Source: Ostreococcus lucimarinus (Eukaryota). Taken from it: a stretch of DNA of 64,000 nt. Where the stretch lies: assembly GCA_000092065.1 (NCBI GenBank), contig CP000589.1; one strand, written 5' to 3'. Shown here in pieces: positions 46,783 to 55,831 of this stretch (position 1 is its first letter; each line of letters starts with the position of its first letter). The position numbers and the translations under genes were made by a program. The notes below the pieces were generated by a model that made no database searches, had not been told where the DNA came from, and saw only the letters and a list, made by a program, of their open reading frames with translations.

Positions 46783-47640
46783 ATGACGACCCACGACGCC
46801 CTCGTCGGCACGCTCCCCGGCGTTCGCCTCGAAAATGACACCCACGTGTGTGAAATCACTCGCTTCGGCGCGCACGTCGCGTCGTGGCGCGTCAAACGCA
46901 CGAGCGATGAGCTTTTGTTTCGCTCAAAGTTGGCCAAGCTCGACGGAACGAAAGCCATTCGCGGCGGCGTGCCGGTGTGTTTCCCGCAATTCAGCGACAT
47001 GGGGCCGTGCGCGCAGTCGCACGGGTTCGCGCGAACGTCCGTGTGGGCCGTGGAGGCGCTGAGCGCGACGGAGGTGACGATGGTGCTGCGACGCGGTGAC
47101 GAGGCGGGCGACGGCGACGCGTTCGGCGGCGACTACGAGGCGCGGTTCACGGCGACGCTCGACGGTGACGCGTTGCGCACGGCGTTGCGCGTAACGAACG
47201 CTGGGAAGAGTTGTTTCGAGTTTACGTCGGCGTTGCACACGTACTTCAGGGTTTCAGATTGCGCGAAGACCAAGGTGCGCGGGTTGCGCGGGACGACGTA
47301 TTTAGACAATTTGCGCGCGAGAGCGAGCGCGAAGGACGACGAAGACGCGGTGGAGTTTTCTGGCGAGGTGGATAGGATCTATACCGACGCGCCGAGCGTG
47401 TTGACTATAGACGATGAGGCTCTCGGGCGGAGGTTTCGCGTTGCAAAGACGTCGACGTTTCCGGACGCCGTCGTGTGGAATCCGGCGTTGACGGACAAGA
47501 CGCGAGGCATGAGCGACTTTGGCGACGAGGAATACCGCGAGATGGTGTGCGTCGAAGTCGCCGGAGTGAAGGATAAGATCACCGTGGAGCCAGGAGAGAC
47601 GTGGGAGGCATCGCAGACGATTAGCTATAGCGCGATTTAA
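46783..47640 (+). CDS. glucose-6-phosphate 1-epimerase (aldose-1-epimerase-like, YeaD family)
   Basis: GGVPVCFPQFSDMGPCAQSHGFARTSVWAV...ALHTYFRV...DRIYTD...PDAVVWNP. Real ATG. Confidence 0.85.
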   Translation: MTTHDALVGTLPGVRLENDTHVCEITRFGAHVASWRVKRTSDELLFRSKLAKLDGTKAIRGGVPVCFPQFSDMGPCAQSHGFARTSVWAVEALSATEVTMVLRRGDEAGDGDAFGGDYEARFTATLDGDALRTALRVTNAGKSCFEFTSALHTYFRVSDCAKTKVRGLRGTTYLDNLRARASAKDDEDAVEFSGEVDRIYTDAPSVLTIDDEALGRRFRVAKTSTFPDAVVWNPALTDKTRGMSDFGDEEYREMVCVEVAGVKDKITVEPGETWEASQTISYSAI

Positions 47641-47666
47641 CTATAACAAACGCGCGGTTTCTACTT

Positions 47667-50600
47667 CTAGCTGAAAAAGTACACCGAGTCCTGAACGACG
47701 TCTAAATCCAAATCGCCAGGTGCGGGCGGCTGAGGGAACTCGTCCGCGACGTCTGGGTAATTCGCGCGGAACTCGTGATAAAGATTTTCGAGAAGAGGCT
47801 CTTTGTGAACCTCGATGAACTTTTCACGCAGGATGACATTCATGGTGTCCACGTCCGTCGCGTGCGTCCAAAAGGAATCGTGAACGCCGGCGAACGTCAA
47901 TCCGGCGTCCACGCACGCGATCGCCGTCCTCATCATATGAGAACTGTCGATACTGTGAATATAATTCGGCGGGAACGCGCTCCTTTGCTTCACTTTCATA
48001 ACCGGCTGTTGTTCGTCGTGAACTTTTAGCGAGAATGACTGCAAAATCGTCCGCACGCGCTTGGTTCGCTGACTGTGATACGGCTGCACGACGGGCAATC
48101 CCAGAGGCGTGGTCCAACGCACGGGCTCGCCCGCTGAGGTAGCGATCGTGGCGCAGGTCGTGAGCCATCCCATGACATCTCGGGCGTTTGAAAACATATT
48201 ATTCAACGCGTCGAGCGTCCTTTTCGCGGCGTAGTTGGACACACGATAGCGAAGAAGTTCGTTGTCCTCCATCGCCTCGCGCTCACGGAGACGGCTATAT
48301 ATTTGCGCTCGCGCCCCGATGAAAGTAACGCCGTACACGGACGTCATCACCGTCTGCTTCACAAGCTTACGGTCGATGTGCTGAGCGAGTGACATCGCGA
48401 GCTTGGCGTTGTTAACGTCTTCCTCGTCTTCGCTGTCGATGAGTTTAATATCCTCAGCAACGATGCGCTTCAACACATTCGCGATGCCGGTGTAGACGTC
48501 CGCACCTCTGTCTGCGGGGACCAAGTTCACGGCTTCACCACCGTGTAAGTCGCGACCGAGCGCGGCGTAGTGTTGCAACCCGTTGCACGACCCATCTTGA
48601 TGCACGGGTAAATTACTCATGAACTGCGTCGGGTCCGAGAGCTCGAGCGCTTTGTCGAGCTCGATGCACGTCGCCAAACACTGCCAGGGCTCTTCCGCTT
48701 CTTGCCACCACGCATCCTTCGCGAGCGGGTCTTGAGCCGACGCTCGCACGTCTTCTATGCGATCTTTGATGAACTGCACTCTCTCATCCATCGGAAGCTT
48801 GTCGGCGCCGTTACCAAACAGCGTCGCGCACTGGATGTGCATCCAACGCAGGCCGCGCTCGCCGAGCGGCTTCTTTTCGTTAAATCGAAGCAAACCGCGA
48901 CACAAATCACTTCCTATGTGATTCAAGTGCACGTGCATCGTGTACGCGCGCCCTCTAAAATCCAAATTGTGCGGGAAATAAATATTTGGTTCGTTTTTCA
49001 TCTCTCGCGCAACTTGCAATTTAATGAGAAAGTCGCAGCGCTGAGAGTGGAGCTCCATGTTTGACTTTTTCGTCTTTCGCACGCTTTGCAAAAAGTCGAT
49101 AACCTCACCTTTGCCCGGAAGTCCACTAGCGAGCAGCTGCAAACGCTTTTTGTCGCTGCGAAGCGCATATGACCCGCCGGGCCAGCGTGGGAGTTGCAAC
49201 TCAGCGCGAAGCGGAACCTCAGCCACGCCACCACCTCGAGCCCAGACTTCTTCCACGATCGGTAACACATCCGTATTGATTTGCCACGCGGTTTGCCCCA
49301 AAGCATTGAGAGCGTCTAACACGGGTTGGTATTGCACGGGCTCCCCCGATGCGTCCGCCTCGCGCGCTTTCTCCTCCAACGCCGCGATTTGCGCTCGACT
49401 CGGCCCTTCGTTCGAGTACTTCCCTCGCATGCATAGATTATCAGCGCGCAAGTATCCTCCCTTATTGTACCTCTCCCAATACCGCGGCGGGATAACCATG
49501 GGAAAGTGTCGCACCGGTACGAGCGCTGCGCGAGTCATCGTCTCCGTGTTGATGAATCTGTAAATGCTATCGTGCCAGTGCAGCATTCCGTACCCAGCCT
49601 CTTTGTAGTCGTGATAAAAGGCTGGAAGCGTCAATAATTCACCTTTTTCGTCCGGTACGCCAATCTTTGCCGTGTTCATGAGCGCGGTCAGCAGCACTGT
49701 TCCGATTTTAAGGCGAATCTCACGACCCCACTCCGCGTTCTCGAGCGCTTGCCGAGCGTGCTTGGACACCGACTTGATGGTGTTCATCTTTGACGTATCC
49801 AACGCCAAATTAATCCTATGCTCCGCCGCGTCGTCTATTTCCTTGACGTTGCCTTCGGTGTTCACTAGTCTAGATCGTCTAAATGCCTCCTTGGCCGCCT
49901 TTTCCGCCGACCGCATGCGCTCCAAGTTCACCTCAGCTTGCACCGCGCTTCCAACTTGGTCGGCGACGCTGATAAACTTCGCGCTCCCCGCCGCGGTCTG
50001 GTCGCCCCTTATGAACGACCACGCGCCATTATTCCTACCGTCACCCTTCATCAGCGTGCTGAGCGTCGCGTGAAGCGTCAACACCGCGAGTTTATCCGGT
50101 TCGAGCAAGCCCAAGTAGTGCCCGTACACGCGTCTGTCGACGCCCGGCACGTTGCCCCGTATCTTCTCTTGTTCTTCCGTCAGCGCCTCCACCAGAGGCA
50201 CGTAAAACGACGCCAGCAACTTTTGCACCACGGGTAACTGCGCCCCAATCCCCGCCGCGAACGTCTTCCTCGCCAACTCCTTGTACCGCATCACCTCTCT
50301 TTCCACCGCCAAATTTTCCGCCTCGCGCTGCTTCCGCGTTTGCGCCCGTCTCTCCCCCTCATCCGCGTCCTCCGCGCGCTCTCGCGCCTCGTGCCCCCCC
50401 GCGCGTCTGAGCTGTCGTCTTCGCGCGTGCAGCGACTGCAGCGCGAGCTTGATCTTCGCCCTCCGCTCGTCCGTAGTTTCAAAAATACGATCCTTCACGT
50501 CCCCGAACGCCGTCGCCGCCATGGACAACGGTCGAAGCTTCGGCCCCGGTCGCGGCGCGCGCTCGACCGCGTCCGCGGCGGCGGCGAGCAGCAAATCGAT

Positions 50601-50831
50601 CTCTTCGTCGTCCTCCATCAACTCCGCGGACCATCGCTCGATGGACACCGCGTCGCGCGGCGCGATCGACGACGTCGCGCTCGACGACGACGCGCTCGAC
50701 GCGCGCCTCGCGCGCGCGCGACGATCGACGGCGTCGACGCTCGACGCGCTCGACGCCGCCGAAGACGACGTCGCGCTCGCCGCGCGCGACGCGCGCGACG
50801 CCGCCGCGCGCGCGGCGCGCCGCGCCAACAT
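47667..50831 (-). CDS. phage T7-type single-subunit DNA-directed RNA polymerase (organellar RpoT)
   Basis: Catalytic motifs: HQDGSCNGLQHYAALGRD, VTRKLVKQTVMTSVYGVTFIGA, FSLKVHDEQ, HDSFWTHA. Ser/Ala/Arg-rich N-terminal presequence. 1054 aa; real ATG. Confidence 0.95.
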   Translation of the reverse strand: MLARRAARAAASRASRAASATSSSAASSASSVDAVDRRARARRASSASSSSATSSIAPRDAVSIERWSAELMEDDEEIDLLLAAAADAVERAPRPGPKLRPLSMAATAFGDVKDRIFETTDERRAKIKLALQSLHARRRQLRRAGGHEARERAEDADEGERRAQTRKQREAENLAVEREVMRYKELARKTFAAGIGAQLPVVQKLLASFYVPLVEALTEEQEKIRGNVPGVDRRVYGHYLGLLEPDKLAVLTLHATLSTLMKGDGRNNGAWSFIRGDQTAAGSAKFISVADQVGSAVQAEVNLERMRSAEKAAKEAFRRSRLVNTEGNVKEIDDAAEHRINLALDTSKMNTIKSVSKHARQALENAEWGREIRLKIGTVLLTALMNTAKIGVPDEKGELLTLPAFYHDYKEAGYGMLHWHDSIYRFINTETMTRAALVPVRHFPMVIPPRYWERYNKGGYLRADNLCMRGKYSNEGPSRAQIAALEEKAREADASGEPVQYQPVLDALNALGQTAWQINTDVLPIVEEVWARGGGVAEVPLRAELQLPRWPGGSYALRSDKKRLQLLASGLPGKGEVIDFLQSVRKTKKSNMELHSQRCDFLIKLQVAREMKNEPNIYFPHNLDFRGRAYTMHVHLNHIGSDLCRGLLRFNEKKPLGERGLRWMHIQCATLFGNGADKLPMDERVQFIKDRIEDVRASAQDPLAKDAWWQEAEEPWQCLATCIELDKALELSDPTQFMSNLPVHQDGSCNGLQHYAALGRDLHGGEAVNLVPADRGADVYTGIANVLKRIVAEDIKLIDSEDEEDVNNAKLAMSLAQHIDRKLVKQTVMTSVYGVTFIGARAQIYSRLREREAMEDNELLRYRVSNYAAKRTLDALNNMFSNARDVMGWLTTCATIATSAGEPVRWTTPLGLPVVQPYHSQRTKRVRTILQSFSLKVHDEQQPVMKVKQRSAFPPNYIHSIDSSHMMRTAIACVDAGLTFAGVHDSFWTHATDVDTMNVILREKFIEVHKEPLLENLYHEFRANYPDVADEFPQPPAPGDLDLDVVQDSVYFFS

Positions 50832-51080
50832 CCGCCCCGCACTGCCGCATCGCGTCCGCGTCGCCGATCGACGACGACCGATCGCGATGCGCGCGCGCGA
50901 ACCTCACGCCGTCGATCGCGTCGCGCGCGCGAACCTCGCGCCGTCGATCGCGCGAGCGACGCGCGAGCGATCGCGAGACGGATCGCATCGATCACACACG
51001 GATCATCGCGTCGCGGCATCGCGTCGCGCCATCGCGCGTCGCGCGCGGTCTTTCTGCGACGCGTCGAGCGAGACGTGACC

Positions 51081-51085
51081 ATGGC
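51081..51085 (+). CDS. putative micro-exon 1 (ATGGC) of the ribosomal protein L6e gene
   Basis: ATGGC|gtacgtgg is followed about 400 nt later by ctgac(29 nt)...gacag|TAAGACG. Splicing gives M-A-K-T-K-K-Q-V-K-N-G-Q-P-S-F-Y-P-A-D-D, a typical short basic L6e N-terminus (compare yeast MSAQKAPKWYPSEDV). The unspliced alternative is an acidic 43-aa extension from ATG 51362 that is atypical for L6e. Confidence 0.35.
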
Positions 51086-51489
51086 GTACGTGGCGATGCG
51101 AAGCGCGCGATGCGACGCTCGATTCGCGCGCGACGGCGGGGCGATCGGGGCGCCGTGGACCGCGGCGCGCGCGCGACGGCGGGGCGGGGCGTCCGTCGGC
51201 GTGAAAGCCCTAGCGTTGGGACGAGCATCGCGTCGCGCTCGATCGAGCGCGCGCGGGGGGGCGGCGACGCGCGCGCGATCTCGCGGATTTGTCGTGCGAA
51301 ATCGTGCGCGCGATCTCGCGCGCGCGCGGCGCGCGGGCGGCGCGCGGCGGGCGAGGTCGGGATGAAGTCGCCGACGCGGAGGGTTTCGCGCGCGCGATCG
51401 GGATGCGCGCGCGACGACGGCGACGACGCTGGAACGGTGACCGCGAACGAGACGACTGACGAAAACGCACGTTTATTTCACGATGACAG

Positions 51490-52045
51490 TAAGACGAAGA
51501 AACAGGTGAAGAACGGGCAACCGAGCTTCTACCCCGCCGATGACATCAAAAAGCCGCTGAAGCGCACGATCGAGCACAAGCAGACCAAGCTTCGCGCATC
51601 CATCGCGCCCGGTCAAGTGCTGATCCTTCTCGCTGGACACTTGAAGGGTAAGCGCGTGGTGTTCTTGAAGCAGCTCGAGTCTGGGTTGTTGCTCGTCGCC
51701 GGTCCGTACGGTGTGAATGGCGTGCCGGCGAAGCGCGTGAACCAGCGCTACGTCATCGCGACGAGCGAAAAGGTTGACGTGAGCGGCGCCGCCGCCGCGG
51801 CGGCCAAGTTCACCGATGCCTCGTTCAAGAAGCCGGCGAAGGATCGCAGTAACAAGAAGAGTGAAGAAGAATTCTTCAAGGTTGACCTCGCGAAGAAGGA
51901 GCTTCCGGCTGATTACCTCGAGAACAACAAGGCTCTCGACAAGGCGCTCGGCGACGCCATCGCGAAGACGCCGTACCTCAAGGAATACATGTCCACGCTC
52001 TTCACTTTGAAGTCTGGCGACAAGCCGCATGAGATGAAGTTCTAA
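51490..52045 (+). CDS. 60S ribosomal protein L6e (main exon)
   Basis: KKQVKNGQPSFYPADDIKKPL...KLRASIAPGQVLILLAGHLKGKRVVFLKQLESGLLLVAGPYGVNGVPAKRVNQRYVIATSEKVD...LKSGDKPHEMKF is collinear with eukaryotic L6e. The 5' end is defined by the proposed acceptor. Confidence 0.85.
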
Positions 52046-52194
52046 GCGGTGTGGCGTAAGTAAGGTTAGTGTTGGTGTCTTGGTGATGTGAATGGGGCGT
52101 TTAGAACGCCCCGAAACTTCGGAGACGGATTAGTGGTGATGTAAACGAAAGAGCTCTCGAAGAAGAATCTAAAATCTTTTTACATACCGCTCGC

Positions 52195-53057
52195 CTAAAA
52201 CCATTCGTTGTGCTCCTCTGCGTCCGCGTCTTCGAGCTGCGCGCGCTCTTTCAATTCGCTCTTCTTTCGGAACATTTTTGCCTCGAAGCCCGTGCCGCGG
52301 TCGACGCCGTCCCAGTGACGGCCCGGTTTGATGCCGTAGCGGTTGTGCGGCGCGACGACGCCGCGACGAAGCCAGCTGTGCGGTGGAACCTCTTGCGGGA
52401 TTCGGAAACCAGACTTTTTCAAATCATCCATCGACAACCCTAAGCCGTCGACGACGGATGGGAGATTGAGCGATTCAGCGTGACGCTTTTTGCGGCTCAA
52501 ATGCGCCATCGGGTCGCCGAAACGCATCGCACTTCGCTGTTTGTCTTCATAATCGGCATCGATGTCGGCGTGCGCGAACGGAGTGTCTTTTGCCTTGACT
52601 AAATCTACCTCGTACTGCTTCGCTTGTCTCGCCTGTTCCACACCCGTTGCCCAAACCGGTCGTTCGCGCTCCTTTGGTTTGACATTCTCCGAGCGACGCT
52701 TCATCTCCTCGCTATCCATGAGCTTCCCAGTCGCCTTGTCCCGGTAGTTCGTCGCCGCCCCGCGACCACTTTGCTCGTCCGTCATCTTAGCCACGCGCGC
52801 TTGCTCAGCTTTGCGCTTCAACTCAGCTTCCATGATGACTTGCGCCGCGCTCACGAGACCGGTGGACGTGCCATCCGTCATCTTGTGCTCCTTCGTCTTC
52901 TTTTCCTTCGACTTCTTTTTATTATCTTCCGCGGGCGCTTCCGGCAAGGGATCGGGCGGTAAGATCAAGTCACCGTCGCTATCGTACTGCAGCTCTTGCT
53001 GCCCGGAAGGCTCTTCAGGCAGGATAAAATCGCCATCGCTGTCGTATTGCGGCTCAC

Positions 53058-53088
<31 letters not shown>

Positions 53089-53634
53089 GGGCTCCTGAGG
53101 AATAATCAAGTCCCCATCGCTATCGTACTGCAGCCCATCGCCCGCGCTCGTCGTTGGCGCATCCTCGGGCGGTACCGAAGCATCACCGGCGTCGTCTTCG
53201 CTATCGCTATCGTGTCTCGCGCGGCGACTCGGCGCCGCCGCCGCCGCCGCCGTCGCCTCTTCCGAATCCGAATCGTGTCTTCGTCGTCTCCCCCCAGCCC
53301 CGCTCCCATCTTCCTCCACCGCCGTCCATCCACTACCATCGTCCCCGATCCCCATGTATCGCACCGCGCGCGCCTCGATCTCTTTCGTCGCCATCGCCGC
53401 CGCGTCCACCTCGCGTCCGCGCGCGTCCAAAACCACCGCGCGATCCTCATCCTCTCGACCCTTCTTCGTCCCCGTCGCGTCCGCGCTCGCGCCCGCGTCG
53501 CCGTCGATGATGCGAATCGCGTTCGAGTGCGTCTTCGGGCGCTTCTTTTTGCGCTTCTTCCCGTCGTCACCGCGCGGGTCGGCGCTCGACGGCGCGCTCA
53601 TGTACTTTTTGAGGTAGTCGAGTTTGGAGCTCAT
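52195..53634 (-). CDS. BUD13/CWC26 pre-mRNA splicing factor (RES complex subunit)
   Basis: N-terminal SKLDYLKKYM, repeated QYDSDGD motifs, conserved C-terminal block RIPQEVPPHSWLRRGVVAPHNRYGIKPGRHWDGVDRGTGFE. The ORF-track start is GTG; the first ATG is at 53632-53634 (MSSKLDYL). Confidence 0.8.
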
Positions 53635-53844
53635 GGCGGCGCGTTCGAGCGCGCGCGCGCGTTGGGGGCGTCGATCGTCGACGTCGACGTCGCGTCGCGT
53701 CACGTCGTCGCGCGCGCGCGGCGTCGATCGACGCGACGAGTCGAGGTGTGACGGTCTGGTCGCTCGCCGCGACGGTTTCGTTCGTTTCGCTCATCTAACG
53801 CGCTATGATTTCAGCTATAACTTGAGCTAATGCGGTCGTCGCGT

Positions 53845-54711
53845 TCACGCGTCGACGCGACGCGCGGCGACGAAAATCGAACCCTTGTCGCCTCTGCCCG
53901 TGCGCAGATCGTCGTCGACGTAGGTCGTCTCGATCCAGCCGCGCGGATCGACAAAGTCGAGCGACGCGCGCAGCGGCGGCAGCGACCCTATTCGAAGCTC
54001 CACCGAGCGAAAGCGCACGTTCAAACGCGTCGGATGCGCGACGGGATCATCGAACGCGCACTCTCCCGCGAGATTCACACCGAGATTCACGCCGAAAGGT
54101 CCTTCGAATTCGGCCCGATTGGACACCGTCGCCGCGGCGACGTCGATGTCTTGATAGTTCCCAATCGAACGCGCGAACGACTTTTCCGACTTTTCCGACT
54201 TTTCCGACTTTTCCGACGCCACCGAGCGCCCCGAACTCCCTGAGGCTTCCGTGAGCGCCGCGCCCAGAGCGCCCTCGCGTCGTCGTCTCGCCTCCTCCGC
54301 GGCGTCGTCCGCGGCGACCGACGCCAAGAGACTCCACGCGCCCGAGACCGACGCCCCCAGCGCCGCCGCGTCGTCCGGCGCGCGTCCCGCGCGCTCCAGC
54401 GCCTCGACGAGGTCCATCAGCGCGCGCGCGTCGTCCGCCGACGCGCGTCGTCCGCCTCGCGTGCGCGCGCAAAGTCGTTTCAGCGCGCGCTTCGTCGTCT
54501 CGACGTCTTCGCTCGACGCCGACGCCGCGACGCGCGACGCGCGCGCGACGCGCGACGCGCGCGCGCGCGCGGCGCGACGCGACGCGTCCAGCGCGCGGCC
54601 TCCGTCTCGCGCGCCGCGCGCGCGATCGGCGCTCGCGGTCGCGCGCATCGCGCGGCGCCGACGTGTGGCGCCGCACTCGACGCCTCGCGAAGCGTCGCGG
54701 CGTCGCGGCAT
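53845..54711 (-). CDS. fibrillin/plastid-lipid-associated protein (PAP) family, with plastid transit-peptide-like leader
   Basis: Conserved fibrillin C-terminus (TYVDDDLRTGRGDKGSIFVAARR) and core (EGPFGVNL...LRIGSLPPLRASLDF). Arg/Ala/Ser-rich ~65-aa leader. Start tentatively at the ATG at 54709-54711; ATG 54648 is an alternative. The longer ORF upstream is antisense to the neighbouring transporter. Confidence 0.7.
   Translation of the reverse strand: MPRRRDASRGVECGATRRRRAMRATASADRARGARDGGRALDASRRAARARASRVARASRVAASASSEDVETTKRALKRLCARTRGGRRASADDARALMDLVEALERAGRAPDDAAALGASVSGAWSLLASVAADDAAEEARRRREGALGAALTEASGSSGRSVASEKSEKSEKSEKSFARSIGNYQDIDVAAATVSNRAEFEGPFGVNLGVNLAGECAFDDPVAHPTRLNVRFRSVELRIGSLPPLRASLDFVDPRGWIETTYVDDDLRTGRGDKGSIFVAARRVDA
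54181..54216. repeat. (CTTTTCCGA)4 tandem nonamer, coding
   Basis: Seen directly; encodes SEKSEKSEKSEKS within the fibrillin gene (minus strand). Confidence 0.9.
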
Positions 54712-55762
54712 GCCGGCGTCGAGCGATGCGCCGTCGACGACGCCCGCGACGCGCGACGCCGACGCGCGGTCGCGGCGCGTCGTCGCCAAGGCGCTCGCGG
54801 ATAACGCGCTCGTCGCGCTGTGGGTCGGGACGAGCGCGATCGTCATCTTGTTCAATAAATACATCCTCACCGCGTACGGGTTCCCGTTCCCGGTCGCGCT
54901 GACGATGACGCACATGCTGTTCTGCTCCGTCGTGGCGTTCGTGATCGTGCGCGCGCTGAAACTGGTGCCGGCGAGCGAGGGGGTGACGAGGGAGGTGTAC
55001 GCGACGAAGATTACGCCGATAGCGGCGCTGTTCGCGGTGTCGCTGTGGGCGTCGAACACGGCGTACGTGTATTTGAGCGTGGCGTTCATACAAATGCTGA
55101 AAGCGCTGAGCCCGGTGGTGGTGTACGCGATCGGGTGTTCGATAGGCGTGGAACGGTACTCGCACGAGCGATTGGCGAACATGGCGGTGGTGACGCTCGG
55201 GGTGATGATCGCGTCGTACGGGGAGCTGAATTTTAATTTTTTTGGGTTCGCGGTGCAGCTCGTGGCGGTGCTCGCGGAATCGTGTCGAATCATCGCCGTG
55301 CAGCTGGTTTTGGGGAAAGCAAATCTGAAGTTGAACTCGATCACGACGCTGTATTACGTTTCGCCCGCGTGCTTTGTGTTTTTGATCGTCCCGTTCGCGA
55401 TGCTGGAGCTTCCCAGGCTGGCGTACGGCTTGGAGGTGACGCATTCGGTGCGTTACTCCGCGGGCATCATGCTCGCCAACGCAATGTGCGCGTTCGCTTT
55501 GAATGCGGTGATTTATTTGCTCATCGGTCGAACGAGCGCGTTGACGCTCAACGTGGCGGGCGTGGTGAAGGACATGTTCCTCATCGGCATCAGTTCGGTG
55601 ATTTTCGAGGCGCCGATATCTGCCACGCAGCTCGTCGGTAGTTTGATCGCGTTCGGGGGCGTGTGCTACTATAATTACCGCAAACTGAACGATGCGTTCG
55701 CGGCGGCGGCGGCGGCGCCGACGCAAGGCGAAGTCGGGCCGAAGCGAGACAGTCAGGCTTAG
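54710..55762 (+). CDS. TPT/nucleotide-sugar transporter family membrane protein (DMT superfamily)
   Basis: About 10 TM helices with the TPT-family pattern: WVGTSAIVILFNKYIL, FIQMLKALSPVVVYAIG, LTLNVAGVVKDMFLIGISSVIFEA. The first ATG before TM1 is 54710 (MPASSDAPS). The frame is open further upstream but contains no earlier ATG-to-TM1 alternative. Confidence 0.8.
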   Translation: MPASSDAPSTTPATRDADARSRRVVAKALADNALVALWVGTSAIVILFNKYILTAYGFPFPVALTMTHMLFCSVVAFVIVRALKLVPASEGVTREVYATKITPIAALFAVSLWASNTAYVYLSVAFIQMLKALSPVVVYAIGCSIGVERYSHERLANMAVVTLGVMIASYGELNFNFFGFAVQLVAVLAESCRIIAVQLVLGKANLKLNSITTLYYVSPACFVFLIVPFAMLELPRLAYGLEVTHSVRYSAGIMLANAMCAFALNAVIYLLIGRTSALTLNVAGVVKDMFLIGISSVIFEAPISATQLVGSLIAFGGVCYYNYRKLNDAFAAAAAAPTQGEVGPKRDSQA

Positions 55763-55831
55763 GGTGTCGGTTAGTAGTGTATCCTTCCGTAGAATTTCGT
55801 ATAACACGCGTGATTGTTACAAATTTGTGTT

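Noticed and set aside
51110-51489. ORF-track N-terminal extension of the L6e gene (MRRSIRARRRGDRG... and the internal MKSPTRRVSRARSGCARDDGDD... start at 51362)
   Set aside because: The extension is Arg-rich then acidic, unlike the basic N-terminus of all L6e proteins. It is better explained as intron sequence between an ATGGC micro-exon and the acceptor at 51489.
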